This document shows, in pieces, positions 47,110-61,544 of a stretch of 64,000 bases of DNA. The notes under the pieces are model-generated. The model saw nothing but the letters and a program-made list of their open reading frames with translations. It was not told the origin of the DNA and made no database searches. Position 1 is the stretch's first letter. Every line of letters starts with the position of its first letter. Where the stretch lies: contig OX597821.1 in NCBI GenBank assembly GCA_951406725.2, positions 105,834,001-105,898,000 of the forward strand, given 5' to 3'. Source of the DNA: Octopus vulgaris. Its lineage: Eukaryota. The position numbers and the translations under genes are program-made.

Positions 47110-48356
47110 CAGACAGAGATGCAGCGAGATCTTCGTGTACCTCTGTCAAACAATTCAGCCAGAAGTTAGGGATCCGATCCAGTCCTGGGGTTTTCCATTT
47201 ATGAGCCTTCCTAAGGACACACCTTAGCTCCTCTATTCCTATTGCTTCCCATTTCTGTTCTTCAAGTTCATCCAGTCTCTCTTTCTCACGTTCTATCCAG
47301 TCAGCCTCAGCATTAAACTCTTTTTCGTTGCTCCATACCTTCTTCCAGAACTCATCCACTTCCTCAATCTTAGGTGGATCTTCTATGTGTATTTTATTTT
47401 TGCCAATTTCCCTATAAAATTTCTTTGCATCTATCTTAAAAAATTTATTTTGTCGATAAAATTTGTTTCTTTTGTCATACCTTCTAAGCCGTTGGGCTTT
47501 CAACTGTATCCGTTGTTTCAACAGTTCCTTACTTGCAGGGAGGTTTATGAGATCTTTAATTTTATGTTTTTACTTGATTTTTCTTGCTTTTCTCGACTTA
47601 ATATTCACTCCTCTAGCAAGCTCATCGAGAACTGAAACATCCGCGCGCAGAGATTCAATCTCGTTTTGTATCGCTACTTTCCACTTAGGAGGTTCATTGA
47701 CATGCCTGGCCTTTTTCTTTGTCATCTTAATACCTAGTTGGGTAGTTACTACTTTAGCAGTGGAATAAATGAGATTATTTAAGGTTGTCAAATCATTCCC
47801 CTTATTTCTTAAGATCTGTCCTAGGGCAACGTTATATGTCATGATTGTGTTGCTATTTCTTGTGCCATTTGAAAACTTTGGTAGTGGTTCTCTATTAACC
47901 ATGTCAGTGAGCTCAATCTTGCCGAGTTCTCTCATAATGTCCACTTTTGCTTCCATAATCTTTTCTCTATTATTCACCTCAAATTCTATGTCATATCTAT
48001 TTTGGTTTTCTTGAGGAAGGTCTACGTTCTCCTCTTTTTTCAAATCTCTCGTCTTCGCTATCCTTTGTTTAACTTCCCCATTGGGAAGTTGATTTGCCGC
48101 TTGTACACTGGCTTCTATGCTACTGTTACCTATTTCGGCTACATCGTTGCTGTGTTCTTTTAGTCTACCGTGAGCTATTAGTGTCCTAATTTTGTCAATT
48201 TCAGCGTCAGTTAGTCTTTTGTTTTTAATTATATCTCTGCGTACATTACTTAATTTATTTGCGTCTATATATCTACGTACGTCATTGCCTACTGAATGTC
48301 TCCATGAGATGTATGTTTGTACACTGAGGTTATTGTTTGTGTTTAGTTGGGCTGTA
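47110..48356 (-). mobile_element. Family A middle fragment, tandem duplicate (offset 3059 bp)
   Basis: Same left satellite junction (AATTGACATCAGACAGAG) as 44051; extends about 150 bp further toward the 5' end. Confidence 0.9.
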
Positions 48357-51300
48357 AAATCTTTGGTGAAAATTTTGGAAAAATTGTTGCTGAAAATTTT
48401 TGTGTTAAATTTTCCGTGAAAATTAGGGAAAAATTTTTGGTAAAATCTTCGGTGAAAATTTTCGAGAAATTATTGGTGTAAATTTTTGGGAAAAATTTTC
48501 TGCGAAAACTTTTGAAAAAATCTTGGTAAAATTTTCTGTGAACATTTTGGAAAAATTTTTGTGTAAAATCTTCGGTCAAAATTTCTGAAAAATTATTGGT
48601 GAAAATTTTTGGGTAAAATCTTAGCTGAAAATTTTCGAAAAATTGTTGGTGAAAATTTTTGGATAAAATTTTCGGTGAAATCTTTTGAAAAATTTTTGGG
48701 TAAAATTTTCGGTGAAAACTTTTGAAAAATTTTTGGGTAAAATCTTCGGTGAAAATTTTCGAAAAATTGTTGGTGAAAATTTTTGGATAAAATTTTCGGT
48801 GAAATCTTTTGAAAAATTTTTGGGTAAAATTTTCGGTGAAAATTTTCGAAAAATTGTTGGTGAAAATTTTTGGGTAAAATTTTCTGTCAAAATTTCGGAA
48901 AAATTTTTGGGTAAAATCTACGGTGAAAATTTTCGAAAAATTTTTGGTGAAAATTTTGTGTAAAATTTTCTGTGAAAATTCCGGAAAAATTTTTGGGTAA
49001 AATTTTGGAAATATTGTTGGTGAAAATCTTTGGGTAAAATTTTCTGTGAAAATTCCGGAAAAATTTTTGGGTAAAATCTTCGGCGAAAATTTTCGAAAAA
49101 TTATTGGTGAAAATTTTTGGGTAAAATTTTCTGTTAAAATTTCGGAAAAATTTTTGGGTAAAATCTTCTGTAAAAATTTTCGAAAAATTGTTGGTGAAAA
49201 TTTTTGGGTAAAATTTTCTGTGAAAATTCCGGAAAAGTTTTGGGGCAAAATCTTCGGCGAAAATTTTCGAAAAATATTTGGGTAAAATTTTCTGTTAAAA
49301 TTTCGGAAAAATTTTTGGGTAAAATCTTCCGTGAAAATTTTCGAAAAATTGTTGGTGAAAATTTTTGGATAAAATTTTCGGTGAAATCTTTTGAAAAATT
49401 TTTGGGTAAAATTTTCGGTGAAAATTTTCGAAAAATTGTTGGTGAAAATTTTTGGGTAAAATTTTCTGTGAAAATTTCGGAAAAATTTTTGGGTAAAATC
49501 TTCGGTGAAAATTTTCGAAAAATTGTTGGTGAAAATTTTTGGGTAAAATTTTCGAAAAATTGTTGGTGAAAATTTTTGGGTAAAATTTTCTGTGAAAATT
49601 TCGGAAAAATTTTTGGGTAAAATCTTCGGTGAAAATTTTTGGATAAAATTTTCGGTGAAATCTTTTGAAAATTTTTTGGGTAAAATTTTCGGTGAAAATT
49701 TTCGAAAAATTGTTGGTGAAAATTTTTGGGTAAAATTTTCTGTGAAAACTTTTGAAAAATTTTTGGGTAAAATTTTCTGTGAAAATTTTTGAAAAATTTT
49801 TGGGTAAAATTTTCGGGGAAAATTTTCGAAAAATTATTTGTGAAAATCTTTGGGTAAAATTTTCGAAAAATTTTTGGGTAAAATCTTCGCTGAAAATTTT
49901 CGAAAATTGTGGGTCAAAATTTTTGTGTAAAATTTTCTGTGAAAAGTTTTGAAAAGTTTTGGGTAAAATCTTCGGGGAAAATTTTCGAAAAATTATTGGT
50001 GAAAATTTTTGGGTAAAATTTTCGAAAATTTTTGGGTAAAATCTTCGGTGAAAATTTTCGAAAAATTGTTGGTGAAAATTTTTGGATGAAATTTTCGGTG
50101 AAATCTTTTGAAAAATTTTTGGGTAAAATTTTCTATGAAAATTTTTGAAAAATTTTGGGTAAAATTTTCGGGGAAAATTTTCGAAAAATTATTTGTGAAA
50201 ATCTTTGGGTAAAATTTTCGAAAAATTTTTGGGTAAAATCTTCGCTGAAAATTTTCGAAAAATTGTTGGTGAAAATTTTTGGATAAAATTTTCGGTGAAA
50301 TCTTTTGAAAAATTTTTGGGTAAAATTTTCGGTTAAAATTTTCGAAAAATTGTTGGTGAAAATTTTTGGGTAAAATTTTCTGTGAAAATTTTGGAAAAAT
50401 TTTTGGTGAAAATTTTTGGGTAAAATCTTCGGTGAAAATTTTCCAAAAATTATTGGTGAAAATTTTTGGGTAAAATTTTCGAAAAATTTTTGGGTAAAAT
50501 TTCGGTGAAAATTTTCGAAGAATTATGGGTGAAAATTTTGGGGTAAAATTTTCGGTGAAAACTTTTGAAAAATTTTTGGGTAAAATCTTTGGTGAAAATT
50601 TTGGAAAAATTGTTGGTGAAAATTTTTGGGTAAAATTTTCTGTGAAAATTTTGGAAAAATTTTTGGGTAAAATCTTCGGTGAAAATTTTCGAAAAATTTT
50701 TGGTGAAAATTTTTGGATAAAATCTTCGGTGAAAATTTTCCCAAAATTATTGGTGAAAATTTTTGGGTAAAATTTTGGAAAAATTTTTGGTTAAAATATT
50801 CGGTGAATTATTGGTGAAAATTTTGGGGTAAAATTTTCGGTGAAAACTTTTGAAAAATTTATGGGTAACATCTTCGGTGAAAATTTTGGAAAAATTGTTG
50901 GTGAAAATTTTTGGGTCAAATTTTCGGTGAAAACTTTTGAAAAAGTTTTGGGTAAAATCTTTGGTGAAAATTTTGGGAAAAATTGTTGGTGAAAATTTTT
51001 GTGTAAAATCTTCGGTGAAAATTTTCGAAGAATTATTGGTGAAAATTTTGGGGTAAAATTTTCTGTGAAAATTTCTGAAAAATTTTTGGGTAAAATCTTC
51101 GGTGAAAATTTTCGAAAAATTTTTGGTGAAAATTTTTGGGTAAAATTTTGTGTCAAAATTCCGGAAAAATTTTTGGGTAAAATCTTCGGCGAAAATTTTA
51201 GAAAAATTATTGGTGAATACTTAGAATACGAGGAAAAATCTTCGGGTAAAATTCTCGGTGAAAATTTTGGAAATGTTTTTGGGTAAAATTTTCGGTGAAA

Positions 51301-54300
51301 ATATTGGAAAATTTTTGTGTAAAATTTTCGAAAAATTTTTGGGTAAAATTTTCGGTGAAAATTTTCGAAAAATTGTTGGTGAAAATTTTTGGTTAAAATT
51401 TTCGGTGAAAATTTTCGAAAAATTATTGGTGAAAATTTTTGGGTAAAATTTTCTGTTAAAATTTCGGAAAAATTTTTGGGTAAAATCTTCTGTAAAAATT
51501 TTCGAAAAATTGTTGGTGAAAATTCCGGAAAAATTTTGGGGTAAAATCTTCGGCGAAAATTTTCGAAAAATTTTTGGGTAAAATTTTCTGTTAAAATTTC
51601 GGAAAAATTTTTGGGTAAAATCTTCGGTGAAAATTTTCGAAAAATTGTTGGTGAAAATTTTTGGGTAAAATCTTCGGCGAAAATTTTAGAAAAATTATTG
51701 GTGAATACTTAGAATACGAGGAAAAATCTTCGGGAAAAATTCTCGGTGATAATTTTGGAAATGTCTTTGGGTAAAATTTTCGGTGAAAATATTGGAAAAA
51801 TTTTTGTGTAAAATTTTCGAAAAATTTTTGTGGAAAATCTTCGGTGAAAATTTTCGAAAAATTATTGGTGAAAATTTTTGGGTTAAATTTTCGGTGAAAA
51901 CTTTTGAAAAATATTTGGGTAAAATTTTCTGTCAAAATTTTGGAAAAATTTTTGGGTAAAATCTTCGGTGAAAATTTTCCAAAAATTATTCGTGAAAATT
52001 TTTGGGTAAAATTTTCGTTGAAAATTTTGGAAAAATTTTCGGGTAAAATTTTCGGTGAAAATTTTGGAAATGTTTTTGGGTAAAATTTTCGGTAAAAATA
52101 TCTGAAAATTTTTGTGTAAAATTTTCGAAAAATTTTTGGGTAAAATCTTCGGTAAAAATTTTCGAAGAATTATTGGTGAAAATTTTGTGTAAAATTATCG
52201 GTGAAAACTTTTGAAAAATTTTTTGGTAAAATTTTCTGTGAAAAGTTTGAAAAAAATTTTTGGTAAAATCTTCGGTGAAACCTTTTGAAAAATTTTTGAA
52301 AATTGTTGGTCAAAATTTTTGGGTAAAATTTTCGAAAAATTTTTGGGTAAAATCTTCGGTGAAAATTTTCGAAAAATTGTTGGTGAAAATTTTTGGATAA
52401 AATTTTCGGTGAAATCTTTGAAAAATTTTTGGGTAAAATTTTCGGTGAAAATTTTCGAAAAATTGTTGGTGAAAATTTTTGGGTAAAATTTTCTGTGAAA
52501 ATTTCGGAAAAATTTTTGGGTAAAATCTACGGTGAAAATTTTCGAAAAATTGTTGGTGAAAATTTTTGGGCAAAATTTTCGAAAAATTGTTGGTGAAAAT
52601 TTTTGTGTAAAATTTTCCGTGAAAATTTCGGAAAAATTTTTGGGTAAAATCTTCGGTGAAAATTTTTGGATAAAATTTTCGGTGAAATCTTTTGAAAAAT
52701 TTTTGGGTAAAATTTTCGGTGAAAATTTTCGAAAAATTGTTGGTGAAAATTTTTGGGTAAAATTTTCAGAAAACTTTTGAAAAATTTTTGGGTAAAATTT
52801 TCTGTGAAAATTTTTGAAAAATTTTTGGGTAAAATTTTCGGGAAAATTTTCGAAAAATTATTTGTGAAAATCTTTGGGTAAAATTTTCGAAAAATTTTTG
52901 GGTAAAATCTTCGCTGAAAATTTTCGAAAATTGTGGGTCAAAATTTTTGTGTAAAATTTTCTGTGAAAAGTTTTGAAAAGTTTTGGGTAAAATCTTCGGG
53001 GAAAATTTTCGAAAAATTATTGGTGAAAATTTTGGGTAAAATTTTCGAAAAATTTTTGGGTAAAATCTTCGGTGAAAATTTTCGAAAAATTGTTGGTGAA
53101 AATTTTTGGATGAAATTTTCGGTGAAATCTTTTGAAAAATTTTTGGGTAAAATTTTCTATGAAAATTTTTGAAAAATTTTTGGGTAAAATTTTCGGGGAA
53201 AATTTTCGAAAAATTATTTGTGAAAATCTTTGGGTAAAATTTTCGAAAAATTTTTGGGTAAAATCTTAGCTGAAAATTTTCGAAAAATTGTTGGTGAAAA
53301 TTTTTGGATAAAATTTTCGGTGAAATCTTTTTGAAAAATTTTTGGGTAAAATTTTCGGTGAAAACTTTTGAAAAATTTTTGGGTAAAATCTTCGGTGAAA
53401 ATTTTCGAAAAATTGTTGGTGAAAATTTTTGGATAAAATTTTCGGTGAAATCTTTTTGAAAAATTTTTGGGTAAAATTTTCGGTGAAAATTTTCGAAAAA
53501 TTGTTGGTGAAAATTTTTGGGTAAAATTTTCTGTCAAAATTTCGGAAAAATTTTTTGGGTAAAATCTACGGTGAAAATTTTCGAAAAATTTTTGGTGAAA
53601 ATTTTTGTGTAAAATTTTCTGTGAAAATCCCGGAAAAATTTTTGGGTAAAATTTTGGAAAAATTGTTGGTGAAAATCTTTGGGTAAAATTTTCTGTGAAA
53701 ATTCCGGAAAAATTTTTGGGTAAAATCTTCGGCGAAAATTTTCGAAAAATTATTGGTGAAAATTTTGGGTAAAATTTTCTGTTAAAATTTCGAAAAATTT
53801 TTGGGTAAAATCTTCTGTAAAAATTTTCGAAAAATTGTTGGTGAAAATTTTTGGGTAAAATTTTCTGTGAAAATTCCGGAAAAGTTTTGGGGCAAAATCT
53901 TCGGCGAAAATTTTCGAAAAATATTTGGGTAAAATTTTCTGTTAAAATTTCGGAAAAATTTTTGGGTAAAAATCTTCCGTGAAAATTTTCGAAAAATTGT
54001 TGGTGAAAATTTTTGGATAAAATTTTCGGTGAAATCTTTTTGAAAAATTTTTGGGTAAAATTTTCGGTGAAAATTTTCGAAAATTGTTGGTGAAAATTTT
54101 GGGTAAAATTTTCGAAAAATTGTTGGTGAAAATTTTGTGTAAAATTTTCCGTGAAAATTTCGGAAAAATTTTTGGGTAAAATCTTCGGTGAAAATTTTTT
54201 GGATAAAATTTTCTGTGAAAACTTTTGAAAAATTTTTTGGGTAAAATTTTCTGTGAAAATTTTGAAAAATTTTGGGTAAAATTTTCGGGAAAATTTTCGA

Positions 54301-57300
54301 AAAATTATTTGTGAAAATCTTTGGGTAAAATTTTCGAAAAATTTTTGGGTAAAATCTTCGCTGAAAATTTTCGAAAATTGTGGGTCAAAATTTTTGTGTA
54401 AAATTTTCTGTGAAAAGTTTTGAAAAGTTTTGGGTAAAATCTTCGGGAAAATTTTCGAAAAATTATTGGTGAAAATTTTGGGTAAAATTTTCGAAAAATT
54501 TTTGGGTAAAATCTTCGGTGAAAATTTTCGAAAAATTGTTGGTGAAAATTTTGGATGAAATTTTCGGTGAAATCTTTTGAAAATTTTGGGTAAAATTTTC
54601 TGTGAAAATTTTGAAAAATTTTTGGGTAAAATTTTCGGGGAAAATTTTCGAAAAATTATTTGTGAAAATCTTTGGGTAAAATTTTCGAAAAATTTTTGGG
54701 TAAAATCTTCGCTGAAAATTTTCGAAAAATTTTTAGTGGTGAAAATTTTTGGGTAAAATTTTTGGGGAAAATTTTCGTAAAATTTTTGGGTAAAATTTTC
54801 GGTTAAAATTTTCGGAAAAATTGTTGGTGAAAATTTTTGGGTAAAATTTTCTGTGAAAATTTTGGAAGAATTTTTGGTGAAAATTTTTGGTAAAATCTTC
54901 GGTGAAAATTTTCCAAAAATTATTGGTGAAAATTTTTGGGTAAAATTTTCGAAAAATTTTTTGGTAAAATCTTCGGTGAAAATTTTCGAAGAATTATGGG
55001 TGAAAATTTTGGGGTAAAATTTTCGGTGAAAACTTTTGAAAAATTTTTGGGTAAAATCTTTGGTGAAAATTTTGGAAAAATTGTTGGTGAAAATTTTTGG
55101 GTAAAATTTTCTGTGAAAATTTTGGAAAAATTTTTGGGTAAAATCTTCGGTGAAAATTTTCGAAAAATTTTTGGTGAAATTTTGGATAAAATCTTCGGTG
55201 AAAATTTTCCCAAAATTATTGGTGAAAATTTTTGGGTAAAATTTTGGAAAAATTTTTGGTTAAAATATTCGGTGAATTATTGGTGAAAATTTTGGGGTAA
55301 AATTTTCGGTGAAAACTTTTGAAAAATTTATGGGTAACATCTTCGGTGAAAATTTTGGAAAAATTGTTGGTGAAAATTTTTGGGTCAAATTTTCGGTGAA
55401 AACTTTTTGAAAAAGTTTTGGGTAAAATCTTTGGTGAAAATTTTGGGAAAAATTGTTGGTGAAAATTTTTGGGTAAAATCTTCGGTGAAAATTTTCGAAG
55501 AATTATTGGTGAAAATTTTGGTGTAAAATTTTCGGTGAAAACTTTTGAAAAATTTTTGGGTAAAATCTTCGGTGAAAATTTTCGAAAAATTGTTGGTGAA
55601 AATTTTTGGGTAAAATTTTGTGTCAAAATTCCGGAAAAATTTTTGGGTAAAATCTTCGGCGAAAATTTTAGAAAAATTATTGGTGAATACTTTACGAGGA
55701 AAATTTTCGGGTAAAATTTTCGGTGAAAATTTTGGAAATGTTTTTGGGTAAAATTTTCTGTCAAAATATTGGAAAAATTTTTGTGTAAAATTTTCGAAAA
55801 ATTTTTGGGTAAAATTTTCGGTGAAAATTTTCGAAAAATTGTTGGTGAAAATTTTTGGTTAAAATTTTCGGTGAAAATTTTCGAAAAATTATTGGTGAAA
55901 ATTTTTGGGTAAAATTTTCTGTTAAAATTTCGAAAAATTTTTGGGTAAAAATCTTCTGGGTAAAAATTTTCGAAAAATTGTTGGTGAAAATTTTGGGTAA
56001 AATTTTCTGTGAAAATTCCGGAAAAATTTTGGGGTAAAATTTTCGGCGAAAATTTTCGAAAAATTTTTGGGTAAAATTTTCTGTTAAAATTTCGGAAAAA
56101 TTTTTGGGTAAAATCTTCGGTGAAAATTTTCGAAAAATTGTTGGTGAAAATTTTTGGGTAAAATTTTCGGCGAAAATTTTGAAAAATTATTGGTGAATAT
56201 TAGAATACGAGGAAAAATCTTCGGGTAAAATTCTCGGTGATAATTTTGGAAATGTCTTTAAAAAAATTTTCGGTGAAAATATTGAAAAATTTTTGTGTAA
56301 AATTTTCGAAAAATTTTTGTGGAAAATCTTCGGTGAAAATTTTCGAAAAAATTATTGGTGAAAATTTTTAAGGTTAAATTTTCGGTGAAAACTTTTTGAA
56401 AAATATTTGGGTAAAATTTTCTGTCAAAATTTTGGAAAAATTTTTCGGTAAAATTTTCGGTGAAAATTTTCCAAAAATTATTCGTGAAAATTTTTCGGTA
56501 AAATTTTCGTTGAAAATTTTGGAAAAATTTTCGGGTAAAATTTTCGGTGAAAATTTTGGAAATGTTTTTGGGTAAAATTTTCGGTAAAAATATCTGAAAA
56601 ATTTTTGTGTAAAATTTTCGAAAAATTTTTGGGTAAAATCATCGGTAAAAATTTTCGAAAAATTATTGGTGAAAATTTTTGTGTAAAATTTTCGGTGAAA
56701 ACTTTTTGAAAAATTTTTTGGTAAAATTTTCTGTGAAAAGTTTGGAAAAATTTTTGGTAAAATCTTCGGTGAAAATTTTGAAAAATTTTGAAAAATTGTT
56801 GGTCAAAATTTTTGGGTAAAATTTTCGAAAAATTTTTGGGTAAAATTTTCGGTGAAAATTTTCCGAAAAATTGTTGGTGAAAAATTTTTGGATAAAATTT
56901 TCGGTGAAAACTTTTGAAAAATTTTTGGGTAAAATTTTCGGTGAAAATTTTCGAAAAATTTTTGGTGAAAATTTTTGGGTAAAATCTTCGGCGAAAATTT
57001 TTCAGAAATTTTGGTGAATATTTTACGAGGAAAAATTTTCGGGTAAAATTTTCGGTGATAATTTTGAAAATTTTTGGGTAAAATTTTCACCAAAATTTTG
57101 GAAAAATTTTTTGGTAAAAATTTTCGAAAAATTTTTGGAAAATTTCGGTAAAATTTTCGAAAAATTATTGGTGAAAATTTTTGGGTTAAATTTTCGGTGA
57201 AAACTTTTGAAAAATTTTTGGGTAAAATTTTCTGTCAAAATTTTGGAAAAATTTTTGGGTAAAATTTTCAGAAAAATTTTCAAAAAATTTTCGTGAAAAT

Positions 57301-60300
57301 TTTGGGTAAAATTTTCGTTGAAAATTTTGTGAAAAATTTTCGGGTAAAATTTTCGGTGAAAATTTTGGAAATGTTTTTGGGTAAAATTTTCACGTAAAAA
57401 TATCTGAAAAATTTTCTGTGTAAAATTTTCGAAAAATTTTTGGGTAAAATCATCGGTAAAAATTTTCGAAGAATTTTGAAGTGAAAATTTTTGTGTAAAA
57501 TTTTCGGTGAAAAATTTTGAAAAATTTTTTGGTAAAATTTTCTGTGAAAAGTTTTGGAAAAATTTTTGGTAAAATTTTGGTGAAAATTTTGAAAAAATTT
57601 TCGAAAATTGTTGGTCAAAATTTTTGGGTAAAATTTTCGAAAAATTTTTGGGTAAAATTTTCGGTGAAAATTTTCGAAAAATTTTTGGTGAAAATTTTTG
57701 GATAAAATTTTCGGTGAAATTTTTGAAAAATTTTTGGGTAAAATTTTCGGTGAAAATTTTCGAAAAATTTTGGTGAAAATTTTGGGTAAAATCTTTCGGT
57801 GAAAATTTCGAAAAATTGTTGGTGAAAATTTTTGGGTAAAATTTTCTGTCAAAATTTTGGAAAAATTTTTGGGTAAAATCTTCGGTGAAAATTTTCGAAA
57901 AATTGTTGGTGAAAATTTTTGGATAAAATTTTCGGTGAAAAATTTTTGAAAAATTTTTGGGTAAAATTTTCGGTGAAAATTTTCGAAAAATTTTGGTGAA
58001 AATTTTGGAAAATTTCGGTGAAAACTTTCGAAAAATTTGGTCAAAATTTTTGGATAAAATTTTCGGTGAAATTTTCAAAAATTTTTGGGTAAAAATTTTC
58101 CGGTAAAATTTTCACCGAAAATTTTACGAAAATTTTGAAAATTTTCAAAAATTTTCACAAAAATTTTTCCCAAAATTTTCACCAAAATTTTTGGGAAAAT
58201 TTTCACCGAAAATTTTACCCAAAAATTTTCAAAATTTTCACCGAAAATTTTTACCAAAAATTTTTCACCAGATTTTACCAAAAATTTTTCACCGAAAATT
58301 TTACGAAAAAATTTTCACCAAAAATTTTCGAAAATTTTACCCAAAAATTTTCACCAATAATTTTTCGAAATTTTCACGAAAATTTTACCAAAAATTTTCA
58401 CAAATTTTCAGTGAAATTTTCGGTGAAATTTTCGAAAATTATTGCTGAAAAATTTTTGGGCAAAATTTTCGGTGAAAATTTTGAAAAATTTTTGAAAAAT
58501 TGTTGGTCAAAATTTTTGGGTAAAATCTTCGGTGAAAATTTTCGAAAAATTGTTGGTGAAAATTTTTGGTAAAATTTTCGGTGAAAATCTTTTGAAAAAT
58601 TTTTGGGTAAAATTTTCGGTGAAAATTTTCGAAAAATTTTGGTGAAAATTTTTGGGTAAAATTTTCGGTGAAAATTTTTGAAAAATTTTTGGGTAAAATT
58701 TTCGAAAAATTGTTGGTGAAAATTTTTGATAAAATGTTCGGTGAAAATTTTTGAAAAATTTTTGGGTAAAATTTTCGGTGAAAACTTTTGAAAAATTTTT
58801 GGGTAAAATCTTCGGTGAAAATTTTCGAAAAATTATTGGTGAAAATTTTTGGGTAAAATTTTCGAAAAATTTTTGGTGAAAATTTTTGTGTAAAATTTTC
58901 TGTGAAAATTTTCGGAAAAATTTTGGGTAAAATCTTTCGGTGAAAATTTTTGGATAAAATTTTCGGTGAAAATCTTTTGAAAAATTTTTGGGTAAAATTT
59001 TCGGTGAAAATTTTCGAAAAATTGTTGGTGAAAATTTTTGGGTAAAATTTTCTGTGAAAATTTTTGAAAAATTTTTGGGTAAAATTTTCTGTGAAAATTT
59101 TCGAAAAATTTTTGGGTAAAATATTCGGGGAAAATTTTCGAAAAATTAATGGTGAAAATTTTGGGTAAAATTTTGGAAAAATTTTGGGTAAAATCTTCGG
59201 TGAAAATTTTTCGAAAATTGTGGGTCAAAATTTTTTTGTAAAATTTTCACGAAAACTTTTGATAATTTTTGGGTAAAATTTTCTGTGAAAATTTTAAAAT
59301 TTTCGGAAATTTTCGGAAAATTTTCGAAAATTATTGGTGAAAATTTTTGGGTAAAATTTTCGAAAAATTTTTGGGTAAAATTTTCGGTGAAAATTTTCGA
59401 AAAATTGTTGGTGAAAATTTTGGGATAAAATTTTCGGTGAAAATCTTTGGAAAAATTTTTGGGTAAAATTTTCGGTGAAAATTTTCGAAAAATTGTTGGT
59501 GAAAATTTTTGGGTAAAATTTTGTCAAAATTTCGGAAAAATTTTTGGGTAAAATCTACGGTGAAAATTTTCGAAAAATTGTTGGTGAAAATTTTTGGATA
59601 AAATTTTGGGTGAAAATCTTTTGAAAAATTTTTGGGTAAAATTTTCGGTGAAAATTTTCGAAAAATTGTTGGTGAAAATTTTTGGTTAAAATTTTCGGTG
59701 AAAACTTTTTGAAAAATTTTTGGGTAAAATCTTCGGTGAAAATTTTCGAAAAATTGTTGGTGAAAATTTTTGGATAAAATTTTCGGTGAAATCTTTTGAA
59801 AAATTTTTGGGTAAAATTTTCGGTGAAAATTTTCGAAAAATTGTTGGTGAAAATTTTTGGGTAAAATTTTCTGTCAAAATTTTCGGAAAAATTTTTGGGT
59901 AAAATCTACGGTGAAAATTTTCGAAAAATTTTTGGTGAAAATTTTTGTGTAAAATTTTCTGTGAAAATTCCGGAAAAATTTTTGGGTAAAATTTTGGAAA
60001 AATTTTGGTGAAAATCTTTGGGTAAAATTTTCTGTGAAAATTTTCACCGAAAATTTTTGGGTAAAATTTTCGGCGAAAATTTTCGAAAAATTATTGGTGA
60101 AAATTTTTGGGTAAAATTTTCTGTTAAAATTTCGGAAAAATTTTTGGGTAAAATTTTCTGTAAAAATTTTCGAAAAATTGTTGGTGAAAATTTTTGGGTA
60201 AAATTTTCTGTGAAAATTTTCCGGAAAAATTTTGGGGCAAAATTTTCGGCGAAAATTTTCGAAAATTTTTGGGTAAAATTTTCTGTTGAAAATTTTGGAA

Positions 60301-61525
60301 AAATTTTTGGGTAAAATCTTTGGTGAAAATTTTCGAAAAATTGTTGGTGAAAATTTTGGATAAAATTTTCGTGAAATTTTTGAAAAATTTTTGGGTAAAA
60401 TTTTCGGTGAAAATTTTCGAAAAATTGTTGGTGAAAATTTTTGGGTAAAATTTTCGGTGAAAACTTTTGAAAAATTTTTGGGTAAAATTTTCGTGAAAAT
60501 TTTCGAAAAATTGTTGGTGAAAATTTTTGAAAATTTTTCGGTGAAATCTTTTGAAAAATTTTTGGGTAAAATTTTCTGAAAATTTTCGAAAAATTGTTGG
60601 TGAAAATTTTTGGGTAAAATTTTCTGTCAAAATTTCGGAAAAATTTTTGGGTAAAATCTTTGGTGAAAATTTTCGTGTAAAATTTTCATTTGTGAAAATT
60701 CGGAAAAATTTTGGGTAAAATTTTGGAAAAATTTTTGAAAATCTTTGGGTAAAATTTTCAAAAATTCCGGAAAAATTTTTGGTAAAATTTTCACCGGCGA
60801 AAATTTTCGAAAAATTTTGGTGAAAATTTTTGGGTAAAATTTTCTGTTAAAATTTTACGGAAAAATTTTTGGGTAAAATCTTCTGTAAATATTTTCGAAA
60901 AATTGTTGGTGAAAATTTTTGAAAATTTTCTGGAAAATTTTCCAAAAATTTTGGGTAAAAGTTTTCGGAAAATTTTCCCAAAAATTTTCAATATAAAATT
61001 TTCTGTGAAAATTTTGAAAAATTTTTTGGGTAAAATTTTCGGTGAAAATTTTCGAAAAATTTTGGTGAAAATTTTTGGAAAATTTTTGGGTAAATTTTCG
61101 GTGAAAATTTTGGAAAAATTTTGGTGAAAATTTTCGAAAAATTTTGGTAAAATCTTTTGAAAATTTTTGGAAATTTTGGAAAATTTTCGAAAACTTTTGA
61201 AAAATTTTCGGTGAAAATTTTCGAAAAATTTTTGGGTAAAATTGGTGAAAATTTTCGAAAATTTTGGAAAATTTTTGGGTAAAATTTTGGTGAAAATTTT
61301 GGAAAAATTTTGGTAAAATTTTTGGGTGAAAATTTTCTAAAAATGAAAATTTTGGAAAAATTTTCGGTGAAAATTTTGGAAAATTATTGGTTTTTCTGGT
61401 AAAATTTTCTGTCAAAATAAATTGGAAAATTTTGTGTGAAAATTTTCGAAAAATTTTTGGGTAAAATCTTCGGTGAAAATTTTCGAAAAAAAAATTTTTG
61501 CCTCGGTGAAAATATTGGAAAAATT
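48357..61525. repeat. AT-rich satellite block 7 (about 13 kb, kb-scale higher-order repeats, degraded distally)
   Basis: Same modules; recurring variant segments; short inverted patch about 58100-58400; indel-rich after about 56800. Confidence 0.95.
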
Positions 61526-61544
61526 CTTACTTATTTCTGTTATT

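Noticed and set aside
48357-61525. Telomeric repeat array
   Set aside because: TTTTGGGT is reminiscent, but there is no tandem TTAGGG or other pure short unit.
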